Below, one piece after another: positions 10,832 through 21,723 of a stretch of 64,000 bases of DNA. Below the pieces are notes generated by a model. That model was not told the DNA's origin, did not search any database, and worked only from the letters and a program-made list of their open reading frames with translations. The position numbers and the translations under genes were made by a program. The stretch is from assembly GCA_021647765.1 (NCBI GenBank), contig JAKIUD010000005.1, positions 4,173-68,172 of the forward strand, read 5' to 3'. How positions within the stretch are numbered: position 1 is the stretch's first letter; each line of letters opens with the position of its first letter. This DNA is from Desulfuromusa sp. GTDB taxonomy: Bacteria > Desulfobacterota > Desulfuromonadia > Desulfuromonadales > Geopsychrobacteraceae.

Positions 10832-11371
10832 TCAGGGGTTAAAATCAATACCAGACAATGCCGTAAACTTATTATTAAAAGGTTTTTTGACACAATCGCA
10901 CTTTTCACTATTTAAATTCACACCACATTCTGGACAAAGCCCCCGACAAGACACTGTGCAAAGAGGGTTGATTGGAATCGCCATAAAAAGCTGTTCCTGT
11001 AAAGGTTCGTGTAATTCCAGAAGGTCATCTTCATAAATAATCAGACCCAACTCTTCCGCTTCAAGCTCAACCTCTTCTGTCACCTCTTTCTCATTGCCAA
11101 GGGGCGAAAAGGTGAGTACAAAAGATTCAGATAATGACTGTTTGAAATACTGCAAACAGCGACCACACTGCAATGTAACAACAGCATCCAAATGACCGTC
11201 AACTTCAACAAACTGACCGGTTCGCTGTAAACGGAGTTGAAAAGATAATGGCTCGCTAAATTCAGGCTCACCCGCTTCAACCATGGCAGCCAAATCAGGG
11301 AATTCAGATAAAGAGCAAGTGTACTCTTGCTCCAGCACTCCCCCTTTGATATCTTTCAGCTCAAGACGCAC
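10832..11371 (-). CDS. yceD: YceD/DUF177 family protein
   Basis: Conserved position upstream of rpmF; C-terminal CxxxCxGLCPxCG motif (CRGLCPECG). Confidence 0.85.
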   Translation of the reverse strand: MRLELKDIKGGVLEQEYTCSLSEFPDLAAMVEAGEPEFSEPLSFQLRLQRTGQFVEVDGHLDAVVTLQCGRCLQYFKQSLSESFVLTFSPLGNEKEVTEEVELEAEELGLIIYEDDLLELHEPLQEQLFMAIPINPLCTVSCRGLCPECGVNLNSEKCDCVKKPFNNKFTALSGIDFNP

Positions 11372-11573
11372 TGTGTCACCACCAAGACAAAAGATAACAG
11401 TATAGAGAGAGACAAAACCATGTCAAGTCAAAAGGTTAGCTTTACAACTGTTCAGAATCGCGCATTTTTTAGCTCATCCGGCATCGATTTGCAAGGTTTT
11501 TTTATATATCCATCCCACACTGGTCATTAATATCAGAAAAGACACTTTTTTAATCAGAGACTACTGGCCTCTT

Positions 11574-11663
11574 GAAAAACTCGTCATCCGCGTGAAAACA
11601 GCGATCCAGTTTTTGACGAACCCGGGAAACCTCTGGATTCCCGCCTGCGCAGGAATGACGATC
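11574..11663. repeat. family-A palindromic intergenic repeat, copy 1
   Basis: AAAAACTCGTCATCCGCGTGAAAAC...CGCCTGCGCAGGAATGACG, with termini CGTCAT.../...ATGACG inverted. Related copies at 48231-48303 and 56115-56194. Confidence 0.7.
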
Positions 11664-11709
11664 ATTGGACTTTAAAAATTCACTATGAGCACTTTTTACC
11701 AGGAAAATA

Positions 11710-12393
11710 ATGAAAAAGAATAAAAAAACCAAAGAAATCCTCAAGTTGATCAAGATTATGGAAAAATTACGTTCTCCAACGGGGTGTCCTTGGGATCAGA
11801 AACAAACAGCAGAGACGTTAAAACCCCATATACTTGAAGAAGCTTACGAACTGATCGAAGCCATTGATAGTGGAGATATTACAGAAATCCGTGACGAACT
11901 GGGAGACCTGCTGCTGCAAGTTGTTTTTATCGCCCAAATTTTCAGAGAACAAAGAAAGTTTGATTTGACTGATGTTGCTGCCTCAATCAATCAAAAATTG
12001 ATTCGTAGGCATCCGCATGTCTTTGCCGGTGAAAGTCGTGATGGACATGCCCAACGCTGGGAAGAAATCAAGCAGCAAGAACGTCTAACACAAGGAAAAG
12101 GGAACAAATTGGCAGACCGCATCCCCGTCAACCTTCCATCACTGAAACAAGCAACCAAGGTTGCAAAAAAAATGGGGAAAGAAAACCCAACGACACAAAT
12201 TAATAAGCTCCAGAAATACTTTTCTGATCTCTCTCAACTTATTGAAGAACCGGCTACGACTCAAGATGAAATTGAACAGACTCTTGGAAGAATATTTTTT
12301 GGCACAACCCAACTAGCTAATTCCCTGCAGCTAGATGCTGAAGATTTATTACGTAAAAAAACCATTCAGGTGATGACAGAAATTGATATTTAA
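11710..12393 (+). CDS. mazG: nucleoside triphosphate pyrophosphohydrolase MazG
   Basis: LRSPTGCPWDQKQTAETLKPHILEEAYELIEAI...ELGDLLLQVVF MazG motifs. Confidence 0.9.
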   Translation: MKKNKKTKEILKLIKIMEKLRSPTGCPWDQKQTAETLKPHILEEAYELIEAIDSGDITEIRDELGDLLLQVVFIAQIFREQRKFDLTDVAASINQKLIRRHPHVFAGESRDGHAQRWEEIKQQERLTQGKGNKLADRIPVNLPSLKQATKVAKKMGKENPTTQINKLQKYFSDLSQLIEEPATTQDEIEQTLGRIFFGTTQLANSLQLDAEDLLRKKTIQVMTEIDI

Positions 12394-12661
12394 AAGAATG
12401 TTCTTCAGGTCATAAATTGCAAAGTTCGTGAAAAATAATAGTTTTTATAAACCATCAACGCAGACTGTGGAAAATCTGGTGATAAAGCTGTTGAAAATGC
12501 CAACAGGACACAGGAGGAAGCCCGCACCATCAGTTTGCCTATTTTTTAACCAATTTATTTTTCTTGTGTTTTCAGTAACTTAGGAGATATTTTAGCTTAA
12601 TACTGAAATTACCATATAACTCTTATAAATAATTTACTATTTCTTATGAAAGGGTAACCAG

Positions 12662-13057
12662 ATGTTCATAAAACTCCTCATAGTATTCACAATAGTGCCA
12701 GTAATTGAGCTCTATGTATTAATTGAGGCGGGTCGACAAATTGGTGTTGGTGCAACAATTTTAATGGTTTTTTTAACAGGAATTGCTGGCGCTTATCTGG
12801 CAAGAAGTCAGGGATTTAATTTAATCAATCGAATTCAAATGGAGCTGAACCAAGGACGGATTCCAGCCGAAGAGATGATGGATGGAGCAATGATTCTAGC
12901 CGGGGGGCTATTACTGTTGACCCCTGGTTTCTGTACCGACCTGTTCGGATTCTGTCTTCTGACCCCAGTGACCAGACAATTTTTTAAGGTCTGGTTAAAA
13001 AAATGGCTGGATCTTAAAATTAAGCGGGGAGAGATCAATTTTCGTCAGTTTCGATGA
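12662..13057 (+). CDS. fxsA: FxsA family membrane protein
   Basis: MFIKLLIVFTIVPVIELYVLIEAG...LLLLTPGFCTDLFGF is typical of FxsA. Confidence 0.85.
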   Translation: MFIKLLIVFTIVPVIELYVLIEAGRQIGVGATILMVFLTGIAGAYLARSQGFNLINRIQMELNQGRIPAEEMMDGAMILAGGLLLLTPGFCTDLFGFCLLTPVTRQFFKVWLKKWLDLKIKRGEINFRQFR

Positions 13058-13059
13058 TA

Positions 13060-14625
13060 TCACCCTATCCTCCGCCTTATCAACTGCCACCCTTGCCGAA
13101 TTTCATCAACCTTAAACAGGTAGCAACAGCCCAGGTAGATCAGAGCACCGACAAAGACAGCAGCAGACAACACCAGGGATTTGTTCAACAACAAACCATC
13201 CTGCAGCCAATTCACAGTATTCAGCAGGAAAGAAACACCTAATGCCATCAACAGACAGGCGGGGATTGCTTTTAAAATCGGGGTATAGAGAGATCCCTTT
13301 AAAAAGGTGCCAACCTTCCGCTGCAACAGTAAGAGCAACATAAAGGCATTAAACATCGAAGCCACAGTCAAGGCGATAGCTAACCCGATAAACCCATAAA
13401 ACTGCATTAAAAACAGACCTAAAACCAGATTGACCAGCAGTGTCCAGAAGGAAATAACAACTGGAGTTCTGGTATCTTTCAGAGCATAAAAAGTTTGCGC
13501 AGCAATCCGACTGTAGCCAACAAATATTAATCCCGGAGCATAACAGATCAATGCCAGAGCAGTATTTTTCAGGGCTATCAGGTCAAATTCACCGCCGAGA
13601 AAAAACAGTGAATAGATCGGTTTGGCGCAAACAATAAGCCCCACCATGGCAGGAAGGGTAAATAATGTAATCAGGGTCATGGCAAAAGCTAACGACTGCT
13701 GCAGCCCTTCTTGATCGTCCTCAGCAACCTGACGACTCATCATTGGCAAAGCAGCCTGGGCGAGAGAAACAATAAAAATTCCCTGCGGAAATTCAAACAA
13801 TCTCTGGCCATAATAAAGATACGATACACTTCCCTCAGGAAGAAATGAGGCCAGCAAGCGGGTCACAATGATGTTGATTTGATAAATAGCAACACCCGCG
13901 ATTCCAGGTAACATGAGGGTCATAATCCTACGTAAATATGGATCACCCCGAAATTTAAAATTGAGCCTTAAACGAATTTGATAACGGAATAAAACCGGAA
14001 ATTGCATCAGAAGTTGCACAATACCGCCCAGCAACACCCCAATTGCGAGGGCATAAATCGGTTGCTCAAACAGATGCCCAATTGTCAGAGCACTAAGGAT
14101 CATTGCCAGATTTAAAAATAAAGGGGAAAGAGACGGGACAAAAAAATGACCACGGACGTTTAAAATACCGGTCAGTAAAGCCAACATTGACACCAGACCA
14201 ATATAGGGGAACATGATCTGGTTCAGCTGATTTGTCAGTTGTAATTTTCCGGCAACCGAACCAAAGCCATAACCGATCCCCTGAACAATCCAGGGTGAAA
14301 GTAAAATGCCCAGGGTCACAACCACCAACATGATCAGCAACAGTAAACTAACACACCGATCGGCTAACTGCTGAGCTTCTTTTTCGCCCCGCTGATGAAA
14401 AACCTCTGCATATGTTGGGACAAAAGCAGCGGTCAACGACCCCTCACCAAAAAAACGCCGCAACAGATTCGGGATAGTAAAGGCCATAAAAAAGGCATCT
14501 GTCATCATCCCGGCACCAAACAGTCGCGCAACAACGACATCGCGAACCAGACCAGCGATTCGACTGAGCGAGGTTGCCGAAGCCATCACCATGGTTGCAG
14601 CAGCTATTTTTTTCTTCTCAGGCAT
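13060..14625 (-). CDS. murJ: lipid II flippase MurJ
   Basis: SRIAGLVRDVVVARLFGAGMMTDAFFMAFTIPNLLRRFFGEGSL; about 14 predicted TM segments. Confidence 0.94.
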   Translation of the reverse strand: MPEKKKIAAATMVMASATSLSRIAGLVRDVVVARLFGAGMMTDAFFMAFTIPNLLRRFFGEGSLTAAFVPTYAEVFHQRGEKEAQQLADRCVSLLLLIMLVVVTLGILLSPWIVQGIGYGFGSVAGKLQLTNQLNQIMFPYIGLVSMLALLTGILNVRGHFFVPSLSPLFLNLAMILSALTIGHLFEQPIYALAIGVLLGGIVQLLMQFPVLFRYQIRLRLNFKFRGDPYLRRIMTLMLPGIAGVAIYQINIIVTRLLASFLPEGSVSYLYYGQRLFEFPQGIFIVSLAQAALPMMSRQVAEDDQEGLQQSLAFAMTLITLFTLPAMVGLIVCAKPIYSLFFLGGEFDLIALKNTALALICYAPGLIFVGYSRIAAQTFYALKDTRTPVVISFWTLLVNLVLGLFLMQFYGFIGLAIALTVASMFNAFMLLLLLQRKVGTFLKGSLYTPILKAIPACLLMALGVSFLLNTVNWLQDGLLLNKSLVLSAAVFVGALIYLGCCYLFKVDEIRQGWQLIRRRIG

Positions 14626-14705
14626 TTAAATATTTTAATCCTCAGCGAACGGCCATAACAGATTGAATATGCAAGTTATTTTCGATATGATTATTATTTT
14701 CTAAC

Positions 14706-14734
14706 TTGACAGGAGAAATACTAACTATTATTAT
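14706..14734 (+). promoter_or_regulatory. sigma70-type promoter for rpsT
   Basis: TTGACA (14706-14711), 17-nt spacer, TATTAT (14729-14734), 50 nt upstream of the rpsT GTG. Confidence 0.55.
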
Positions 14735-14784
14735 CTCGACACTTTTGAAATCAAAATATTATCCATCAACAAGGAGAACAATTC

Positions 14785-15051
14785 GTGGCTAATCATAAAT
14801 CAGCAGTAAAACGTAATCGTCAAAACACGGTAAAAAAAGCACGCAATGCTCATATCCGGTCAACCATGCGCAACTTGGTCAAGCAGGTTCGTGAAGCAGT
14901 TATTGCAGAAGATAAAGAGGCAGCACAAGCGGCTCTTGCAAAAGCTATCCCCTATATTGACAGAACCGCAACCAGAGGGGTGATCCATAAAGCGACTGCC
15001 AGCCGTAAAATCTCCCGGTTAAATAAGCTGTTCAATACACTTTCTAAATAA
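14785..15051 (+). CDS. rpsT: 30S ribosomal protein S20
   Basis: MANHKSAVKRNRQN...; GTG start preceded by AAGGAGA. Confidence 0.95.
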   Translation: MANHKSAVKRNRQNTVKKARNAHIRSTMRNLVKQVREAVIAEDKEAAQAALAKAIPYIDRTATRGVIHKATASRKISRLNKLFNTLSK

Positions 15052-15067
15052 GTTTATTTTGAGTTTT

Positions 15068-15097
15068 AAGATGGGGTTGATTCTACAGCCCCATCTT
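15068..15097. terminator. bidirectional hairpin terminator between rpsT and holA
   Basis: AAGATGGGG-N12-CCCCATCTT, flanked by TTTT on the left and CTTT on the right. Confidence 0.6.
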
Positions 15098-15100
15098 ACT

Positions 15101-16099
15101 TTAAGCATTCTTTCTGACTAAGCGTAATATCAAATTATCCAGTAAAGCTCCAGCATCAGCGCCACTCGACTTCATCGCAAGATCCGTTTCTAAAAACAAC
15201 TCAAAGGCACGGAGAAAATCTTTCCGCGAAAATTTCTTCCCCTGGCGGATTAAGCCATCAACAACAAAAGGTGGAACCCCGGCAACTTTTGCGATCTCAT
15301 TTGCGGATCGGTTTTGAACCTGTAACTCGCGCACCTTCCAGAGGCGACGAAAATGCAGAACCAGCAGTGAAAGAATTTTCAACGGTGCTTCACCTGCAGC
15401 GCTGAGCCGCATAATCAATGTTAACGCCTTTGCAGTATCTCCCCGACCAACAGCATTTCCCAATTCAAAAATGTTTTCTGCCCGGCCTCGTGAAATAACT
15501 GCCTGAACATCGACAATATCAACGAGAGTCGCATCGCCAATATAAGTTAATAATTTATTCAGTTCTGCATGGATTTCATAAAGATTTCCACCCACCATTG
15601 AACAAAAAAGATCGACGGCATCAGCAGAGATTTTTATATCCTGCTGGTTGAGAGAATTACGAATATATTGAGGAATTTCTCTATTGGAGAGGGGTTTGAA
15701 TTCAACTAAATCACCATATTTTTTAAATTTCTGAAAAAACTTGCGGCGACTATCAATTTTGTCGGCAATAAACAGCAGGCAGGTTTCTGGAACCGGATCT
15801 TGTAGATAGGGGAGTAAATTTTCTAACTCAGCAGCCGGTAACAGGTGTGCATCCTTAACCGTCACCAACCTCTTCTCGGCAAATACGGGATAAGTCATTG
15901 CAGCTGCAAGAATTTGTTCCGCTGCAGCCTCTTTACCGTAAAATTGATTATCATTAAAATCATCATTATCATTTGGCAAAACAGCACGCCGAACTGTACG
16001 TGCCGCTTGTTGGATAAGATAAGGTTCCTGTCCATAGAGGAAAAGAAGTGTTGGCACTTGATTCGAACGCAACTTACGATACAGATCGTCAGCATTCAT
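15101..16099 (-). CDS. holA: DNA polymerase III subunit delta
   Basis: 332 aa with HolA-like N-terminus (LLFLYGQEPYLI); conserved leuS-lptE-holA order. Confidence 0.88.
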   Translation of the reverse strand: MNADDLYRKLRSNQVPTLLFLYGQEPYLIQQAARTVRRAVLPNDNDDFNDNQFYGKEAAAEQILAAAMTYPVFAEKRLVTVKDAHLLPAAELENLLPYLQDPVPETCLLFIADKIDSRRKFFQKFKKYGDLVEFKPLSNREIPQYIRNSLNQQDIKISADAVDLFCSMVGGNLYEIHAELNKLLTYIGDATLVDIVDVQAVISRGRAENIFELGNAVGRGDTAKALTLIMRLSAAGEAPLKILSLLVLHFRRLWKVRELQVQNRSANEIAKVAGVPPFVVDGLIRQGKKFSRKDFLRAFELFLETDLAMKSSGADAGALLDNLILRLVRKNA

Positions 16100-16102
16100 C
16101 GC

Positions 16103-16612
16103 TCAAAAATCATCCAACAGTTGATAGAGAATTTCCTCTGCCAGGCGCAAAGTGATCTCATCTATGGCCTGCTGCTCCAGATCTTCCTGAAGATTTTTAT
16201 CATCGCTGGCACTATATTCAGTGCTCCAGCTCACCGTACTCTGCCAAAAAGATCGTTCTGTGTCAGCATGCTGTAGGCTCACATCAACCACCATGGTCGA
16301 GCGATACTCACTAATATCATCGTTGCTGTTGTAAGAAACCGCCCGGGTTTTATATTCCCGAACAGTGCCTGACAAAACAGCCTCTGCATTTTCTGACTTT
16401 TCAACTTGAGAGATCTTACTGTTGCGAGAAAAAACCTCGCTGACCCGACTGGTCATCTTATTCTCAAGTTGTGGTTCCGCCGTTTTGTTGATAAACAGCG
16501 GAATATACAGCTCTTCAACCCCTTCAGGTAAAGCACCTGATTGCCCGGGAAAGTGATAACCACACCCAAGCAGACTGCTGATGAATACGAAAACCAGGAG
16601 AAATCGCATCAA
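16103..16612 (-). CDS. lptE: LPS-assembly lipoprotein LptE
   Basis: Lipobox LLGC at residues 14-17; sits immediately downstream of leuS, as in most proteobacteria. Confidence 0.82.
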   Translation of the reverse strand: MMRFLLVFVFISSLLGCGYHFPGQSGALPEGVEELYIPLFINKTAEPQLENKMTSRVSEVFSRNSKISQVEKSENAEAVLSGTVREYKTRAVSYNSNDDISEYRSTMVVDVSLQHADTERSFWQSTVSWSTEYSASDDKNLQEDLEQQAIDEITLRLAEEILYQLLDDF

Positions 16613-19164
16613 GACACCACGATATTGATTAAACGCCCAGGAACGATAACAACTTTACGCACCTGCTTTCCTTCAATAAAACGTTGCACATTCTGCTCAG
16701 CAAGAGCCGCTGTTTCAATTAACTGCTTATCTGCGTCAACCGCGACCGTCACCTTGCCCCGAACTTTTCCATTCACCTGGACGACCAACGTAACCTCATC
16801 AGCAAACAGCGCCGATTCGTCCCACACAGGCCAACCAGAAGTTTCAACACCCTCCTGATGCCCCAGCAATTGCCAGAGTTCCTCGCAAATATGCGGCACA
16901 AACGGATTCAACAGGCAGACAACTGCTTCCAGCGCTTCACGCAACACCTCAGGATATTCCTGTCGGGATTTAAATGCATAGATAGCGTTAACCAGCTCCA
17001 TGACAGCAGCAATGGCAGTATTAAAATGAAACCGGTCATCCACATCTTCACTGACTTTTTTGATGGTCTGATGGGTTTTGCGCCGTAGATCTGCCGCCTC
17101 ACCTGAAGCAGGATCAGGGAGACCAGCCCCAGTTATCAGTTCCAGATTCTCATTAACAGCTCTCCAGACCCGACCGAGAAAACGGTAACACCCTTCAACC
17201 CCCTGTTCGTTCCATTCCAGATCTTTTTCAGGTGGCGCGGCAAACAGAGAAAATAATCTCGCAGTGTCCGCACCATATTGATCAATCAGTTGATTTGGAT
17301 CGACAACATTTTTTTTCGACTTACTCATTTTTTCAGTGCGACCCAGCACAACAGTTTGACCGCAAAGGGTACATTTACCATCAACCACCTGCTCTGGATA
17401 TAACCAGCCATGCTCCGGACAACGCTGGGTTTCCTTGCAAACCATCCCCTGAGTCAGCAGTTTGGTAAACGGTTCATCAACATCCAGCATCCCCAGATCA
17501 CGTAATATTTTGGTATAAAAGCGTGCATAGAGCAAATGCATCACCGCATGTTCAATACCGCCAATGTACTGGTCGACAGGCAGCCAATAATTTGCAACCT
17601 CTTTATCCAAGGGGCCACCGGTATAGTCGGGGCAAGTATAACGGGCAAAATACCAGGAACTTTCAACAAAAGTGTCAAAAGTATCACTCTCGCGTTTTGC
17701 CGGCTTGCCACATTTTGGACAGTTGACGTTCAAAAACTCCTGGTGCCGAGACAGAGGGGATCCACCCTCGCCAGTCAACTTGACATCGGTGGGCAATACC
17801 ACCGGCAAATCCTCTTCAGGAACAGGAACAGTTCCGCAGCTGGCACAATAAATAATTGGAATTGGCGTTCCCCAATAGCGTTGCCGGGAGACACCCCAAT
17901 CGCGCAAACGATAATTGACGGTTTTGCGTCCTTCACCACACTCATCCAGAAAAGCGGCGATCTGCTCTTTTGCTGCTTCATTATCGACACCATTAAATTG
18001 ACCGGAATTCGTCAGTAATCCAGAATCGGTATAAGCCTCAGTCAACTGTTCGGTCGCCAGTTCTTCGCCCTCTGGTTGAATAACCACCCGGATTGGCAAC
18101 TGGTATTTTTTTGCAAATTCAAAATCACGTTGATCATGGGCAGGAACTGCCATAACAGCACCAGTGCCATACCCCATCAGGACAAAATTGGCGAGAAAAA
18201 TTGGAATTTTTTCACCATTGAGAGGATTAATACAATATGAACCGGTAAATATTCCGATTTTTTCCAGGTCGCCACTGGTTCGAGCACTTTTTTCCTGACG
18301 TTCTACTGTCGCAATAAATTCATTGATCTTTGCCTCCTGCTCGGCAGTAACCAATGTTTTTACCAGAGGGTGTTCCGGAGCCAGGCTCATAAATGTTGCG
18401 CCGAACAAAGTATCTGGACGAGTGGTAAAGACTTTGACCTTCTCACTGTGGTCTGCAACCGCAAATTCAATTTCACAACCGTAACTCTTACCAATCCAGT
18501 TGCGTTGCATTGACAGAACCCGCTCAGGCCAACCGGGGAGTTTATCAGTCCATTCAAGCAGCTCATCGGCATAATCGGTAATTTTAAAGAACCACTGTTC
18601 CAGTTCTTTGGGCTGGACCAGATTATGACAGCGCCAACAACAACCATCCTCGACCTGCTCATTGGCAAGCACGGTTTGACAGTCCTCACACCAATTAACA
18701 GAAGAACCCTTTTTATAAGCCAGTCCTTTTTCAAACATCTGGAGAAAAACCAGTTGCTCCCAGCGATAATAATCAGCATCACAGGTAGCAAATTCACGCT
18801 TCCAATCATAAGAGAGACCTATTTTCTTCAATTGGTGCTGCATACTCTCAATATTTTCATAGGTCCACTTTGCCGGGTGAATGCCATGCTCAATCGCAGC
18901 ATTCTCCGCCGGCATACCAAAAGCATCCCAGCCCATCGGATGAAGAACATTAAACCCCTGCATCCGCTTAAAACGTGCAACAACGTCCCCAATCGCATAA
19001 TTACGAACGTGCCCCATATGGATACGACCGGAGGGATAGGGAAACATTTCCAGCAGGTAATATTTTTCTTTTTCAGTATCTACAGAAGCAGCAAAAGGTT
19101 GTTTTTCCTGCCAAAGTTTCTGCCACTTGGCTTCAATCTCTTTAGGATTATACAGATTATCCAT
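16609..19164 (-). CDS. leuS: leucine--tRNA ligase
   Basis: HMGH and KMSKS class-I motifs; 851 aa. Confidence 0.97.
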   Translation of the reverse strand: MDNLYNPKEIEAKWQKLWQEKQPFAASVDTEKEKYYLLEMFPYPSGRIHMGHVRNYAIGDVVARFKRMQGFNVLHPMGWDAFGMPAENAAIEHGIHPAKWTYENIESMQHQLKKIGLSYDWKREFATCDADYYRWEQLVFLQMFEKGLAYKKGSSVNWCEDCQTVLANEQVEDGCCWRCHNLVQPKELEQWFFKITDYADELLEWTDKLPGWPERVLSMQRNWIGKSYGCEIEFAVADHSEKVKVFTTRPDTLFGATFMSLAPEHPLVKTLVTAEQEAKINEFIATVERQEKSARTSGDLEKIGIFTGSYCINPLNGEKIPIFLANFVLMGYGTGAVMAVPAHDQRDFEFAKKYQLPIRVVIQPEGEELATEQLTEAYTDSGLLTNSGQFNGVDNEAAKEQIAAFLDECGEGRKTVNYRLRDWGVSRQRYWGTPIPIIYCASCGTVPVPEEDLPVVLPTDVKLTGEGGSPLSRHQEFLNVNCPKCGKPAKRESDTFDTFVESSWYFARYTCPDYTGGPLDKEVANYWLPVDQYIGGIEHAVMHLLYARFYTKILRDLGMLDVDEPFTKLLTQGMVCKETQRCPEHGWLYPEQVVDGKCTLCGQTVVLGRTEKMSKSKKNVVDPNQLIDQYGADTARLFSLFAAPPEKDLEWNEQGVEGCYRFLGRVWRAVNENLELITGAGLPDPASGEAADLRRKTHQTIKKVSEDVDDRFHFNTAIAAVMELVNAIYAFKSRQEYPEVLREALEAVVCLLNPFVPHICEELWQLLGHQEGVETSGWPVWDESALFADEVTLVVQVNGKVRGKVTVAVDADKQLIETAALAEQNVQRFIEGKQVRKVVIVPGRLINIVVS

Positions 19165-19219
19165 AATTCCTCCGCAACGGCAGGATCACCGTCACAAGCA
19201 AAATCGAGTATATACACAA

Positions 19220-19239
19220 ATACCGGCCAAAGCCGGTAT
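19220..19239 (-). terminator. hairpin after infA
   Basis: Minus strand ATACCGGC-TTTG-GCCGGTAT followed by TTGTGTAT; the U-tract is weak. Confidence 0.4.
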
Positions 19240-19325
19240 CGTTACAAACAAAGTATCGAGGAAATAAATATTCCTCTATATTTTACTGTTCCGACAACCA
19301 AACAGCAACACTATGACTTACCAGA

Positions 19326-19544
19326 CTATTTAGCCCGATAAGTGATACGGCCACGGGTCAGATCATAGGGAGACAGTTCCACCGTTACGCGATCACCAGG
19401 GAGAATCCGAATATAATATTTACGCATTTTCCCAGAGATGTGTGCCAAAACAACGTGGTCGTTATCCAGTTTAACTCGAAACATGGCATTTGGTAACGGC
19501 TCTACGACTGTTCCCTCAACTTCTATTGCTTCTTCTTTTGCCAA
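19326..19544 (-). CDS. infA: translation initiation factor IF-1
   Basis: (M)[52 protein letters not shown]... is exactly 72 aa if the TTG at 19544 is used. AGGAGG lies 5 nt upstream of it. The track ORF adds 11 unlikely codons. Confidence 0.93.
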   Translation of the reverse strand: MAKEEAIEVEGTVVEPLPNAMFRVKLDNDHVVLAHISGKMRKYYIRILPGDRVTVELSPYDLTRGRITYRAK

Positions 19545-19619
19545 CTGCGCCTCCTGAATATAATAATTAACTTCCAACTAAATTACAGTGAATTCTTATG
19601 CCACGTTCACACAGGTCTG

Positions 19620-20030
19620 TCAAGTATAAGCACAGCCTCTTCGGTCACGCCCTGTCTCTGGATCGAGAAGGTTACGGACAACGGTGATAAGGTGAGCCGT
19701 TTGAAGCGGCTTGGTAATATATTCGTTGGCTCCGATCCCGAGGGCACGTTCCCGGGTCACAGTTGCCCCCTCAGTTGTCACGACAATAATTGGCAGGTTC
19801 TTGTAGTGAACATCATTACGAACGAGGCCAACTAACTTCAAACCATCCATCATCGGCATATGAATATCGGTCAACAGTAAGTCATATTTTTTAGCAGATA
19901 GTTGTTTCAGCGCAGCAACTCCATCGCTGGCTTCATCAATTTGCAAACCAGGAAGTCGTTGTAAGGCAAAAACAATAAACTGCCTCATCGTTGGTGAGTC
20001 ATCAACCACCAGAACCTTAGCGGCGTACAT
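19620..20030 (-). CDS. single-domain response regulator (CheY-like receiver)
   Basis: VLVVDDSPTMR...LLLTDIHMPMMDG...KP receiver motifs. Confidence 0.88.
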   Translation of the reverse strand: MYAAKVLVVDDSPTMRQFIVFALQRLPGLQIDEASDGVAALKQLSAKKYDLLLTDIHMPMMDGLKLVGLVRNDVHYKNLPIIVVTTEGATVTRERALGIGANEYITKPLQTAHLITVVRNLLDPETGRDRRGCAYT

Positions 20031-20092
20031 ATCTTTTCTAACTCCACTATGCTAAAAAAATATAAAGCATCAATTGATGAGGCGGTTATTTG

Positions 20093-20464
20093 TCAATTTT
20101 GGGACAATAGCTTTTCAATCGTTTCCATAACCACCGCAGACTTAAACGGCTTGGTTATATATTGATCAGCACCAACTTCCTCTCCACGGGATATATCTTC
20201 AGGGGTCTTCTTTGCAGTCAAAAGAATAATTGGAATATGTCGGGTTTTCGGGCTTTTTTTGAGTTGTTCACAAACTTCAAAACCATCTAATTCAGGGAGC
20301 ATGATATCCAGCAAGATCAAATCGGGAGCCTCAGCAGCTACAGCTTCAAGAGCAGCCAACCCGGTTGTTGCCCCCTGAACCAGATAACCTTTGGTCGTCA
20401 GCAGAATACTTTCCAACTTCAGCAAACTTTCCTCATCTTCAACTATGAGAATCTTTTTTTGCAT
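20093..20464 (-). CDS. single-domain response regulator (CheY-like receiver)
   Basis: MQKKILIVEDEE...LILLDIMLPELDG...TKP. I moved the start to the ATG preceded by GGAGG. Confidence 0.88.
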   Translation of the reverse strand: MQKKILIVEDEESLLKLESILLTTKGYLVQGATTGLAALEAVAAEAPDLILLDIMLPELDGFEVCEQLKKSPKTRHIPIILLTAKKTPEDISRGEEVGADQYITKPFKSAVVMETIEKLLSQN

Positions 20465-20652
20465 ATGCCCAGCCTCCAAGTAGCAAAATATCTGATTTAA
20501 TCACCTGATTAGCGCTATTCCTCTGCTGGATAAGGTTCCCTCTTCCCTTCAATAGGGAAAAAGGAATATTCCATAATCTCGCCATCCAAGCAGAAGATTA
20601 GCTATAATTGTTTAAATTATAACAAAAAATGATCCAGAATAGTTATTTAAAC

Positions 20653-21723
20653 TCAATTGCTACTCCCCAAAGCTTGTTCCATCGCCAGACCTGCCTGTGA
20701 AAGAAAAACTTCAAAAGCGTTTACCGCATGAATTGGCTGATGAGCAGCGAAATTATCCCCATATAAAAGAGCAACGACTTGACCATCACTGACCAGTGGT
20801 CCCAGGAAAACCTCTTCAGGGACTCCATTTAGAAAAACTTTCAGATTTTCTTCTACAACCGTTTTATTGAGTGGAGAGCGGACAGCAACTTTATCTTTAA
20901 GAACCTGGGCAAACAATGATCCAGGATCGACCGACAAGGTCATTTTACGAACCATCTCATCTGCAGCAACGCTGAGACCAGACAACCCAAACTGCCCCAA
21001 CCCAACCAGATGATTTCCCCTGACATCAAAGATAATGGCTCGATCCATAATCTCGCTGGCATAGCGAAGAATTAGAAGAATAATTCCACCACCAAGTTCG
21101 GGATGTTCCAGTTCCGCCAACATTCCCCGAAGAAGTTCTAATCCATGTTGACTTTGCTGATTTTCCAGCTCAGCCAATTCAAGATCAATTGTGGCATCAT
21201 CAAGAGCATCCTCAGAGCCCAGTTCAGCGATTTTGCCCCCCTTAACAACTAGGCGCTGCGAGCTAAGTCCCTGTTTTAACATAAAATCAAGAGGATTCAG
21301 AATGGCACTACCAAACGCTTTTATCTCTTCCAGTCGAAAAGTAAAATAACCTTCAGTCCAAGAAAAAAAACTAAAAATAATTTTTTCGATCTGGGCAGCA
21401 ACAACCAACTCAACTTCACTGGGTACAATCTGAAATTTGTCAATTAAAATTGCACCCAACGGTTGATGGGAACGCAGGTTCTGTTGATATCTTAATGCCT
21501 CATCAACCTGATCCTCGGTGACAATATTATTCCGGCGCAAAAGTTGTCCCAGGGTTTCTGGGAATAAGCTGGAAGAAGCACGGACGACTTGGCCGTCAAT
21601 GAAACAAACCGATCCTTCCCCCCGCTGACCTTTTAATGTCAGGATTCCCGATTTTTTACTCAAGCTGAGTATTTGCAGGATATCGCATATCCCTAAATCT
21701 TCCAGATAACCTTCAAGTGCCAT
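20653..21723 (-). CDS. DUF4388 domain-containing protein
   Basis: N-terminal LEDLGICDILQILSLSKKSGILTL...GSVCFIDGQVV is the DUF4388 (PatA-N-like) signature; the C-terminal half is GAF-like by eye. Confidence 0.75.
   Translation of the reverse strand: MALEGYLEDLGICDILQILSLSKKSGILTLKGQRGEGSVCFIDGQVVRASSSLFPETLGQLLRRNNIVTEDQVDEALRYQQNLRSHQPLGAILIDKFQIVPSEVELVVAAQIEKIIFSFFSWTEGYFTFRLEEIKAFGSAILNPLDFMLKQGLSSQRLVVKGGKIAELGSEDALDDATIDLELAELENQQSQHGLELLRGMLAELEHPELGGGIILLILRYASEIMDRAIIFDVRGNHLVGLGQFGLSGLSVAADEMVRKMTLSVDPGSLFAQVLKDKVAVRSPLNKTVVEENLKVFLNGVPEEVFLGPLVSDGQVVALLYGDNFAAHQPIHAVNAFEVFLSQAGLAMEQALGSSN

Noticed and set aside
11550-11753. 67-aa minus-strand ORF (and the analogous 48195-48395 ORF)
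   Set aside because: Both are created by family-A palindromic repeats and overlap promoter regions or the mazG start, so they are not credible genes.
12470-12500. DnaA-box-like TGTGGAAAA in the mazG-fxsA spacer
   Set aside because: It is a single imperfect box with no cluster, no AT-rich unwinding element and no dnaA/dnaN context.
18625-19341. 238-aa plus-strand ORF
   Set aside because: Almost entirely antisense to leuS and running into the leuS-infA spacer. It has no recognisable motifs or SD, so I treat it as a typical shadow ORF. The same reasoning applies to the other long antisense ORFs, for example 4111-4584, 17536-18018, 46088-46552, 57608-58051 and 60697-61215.
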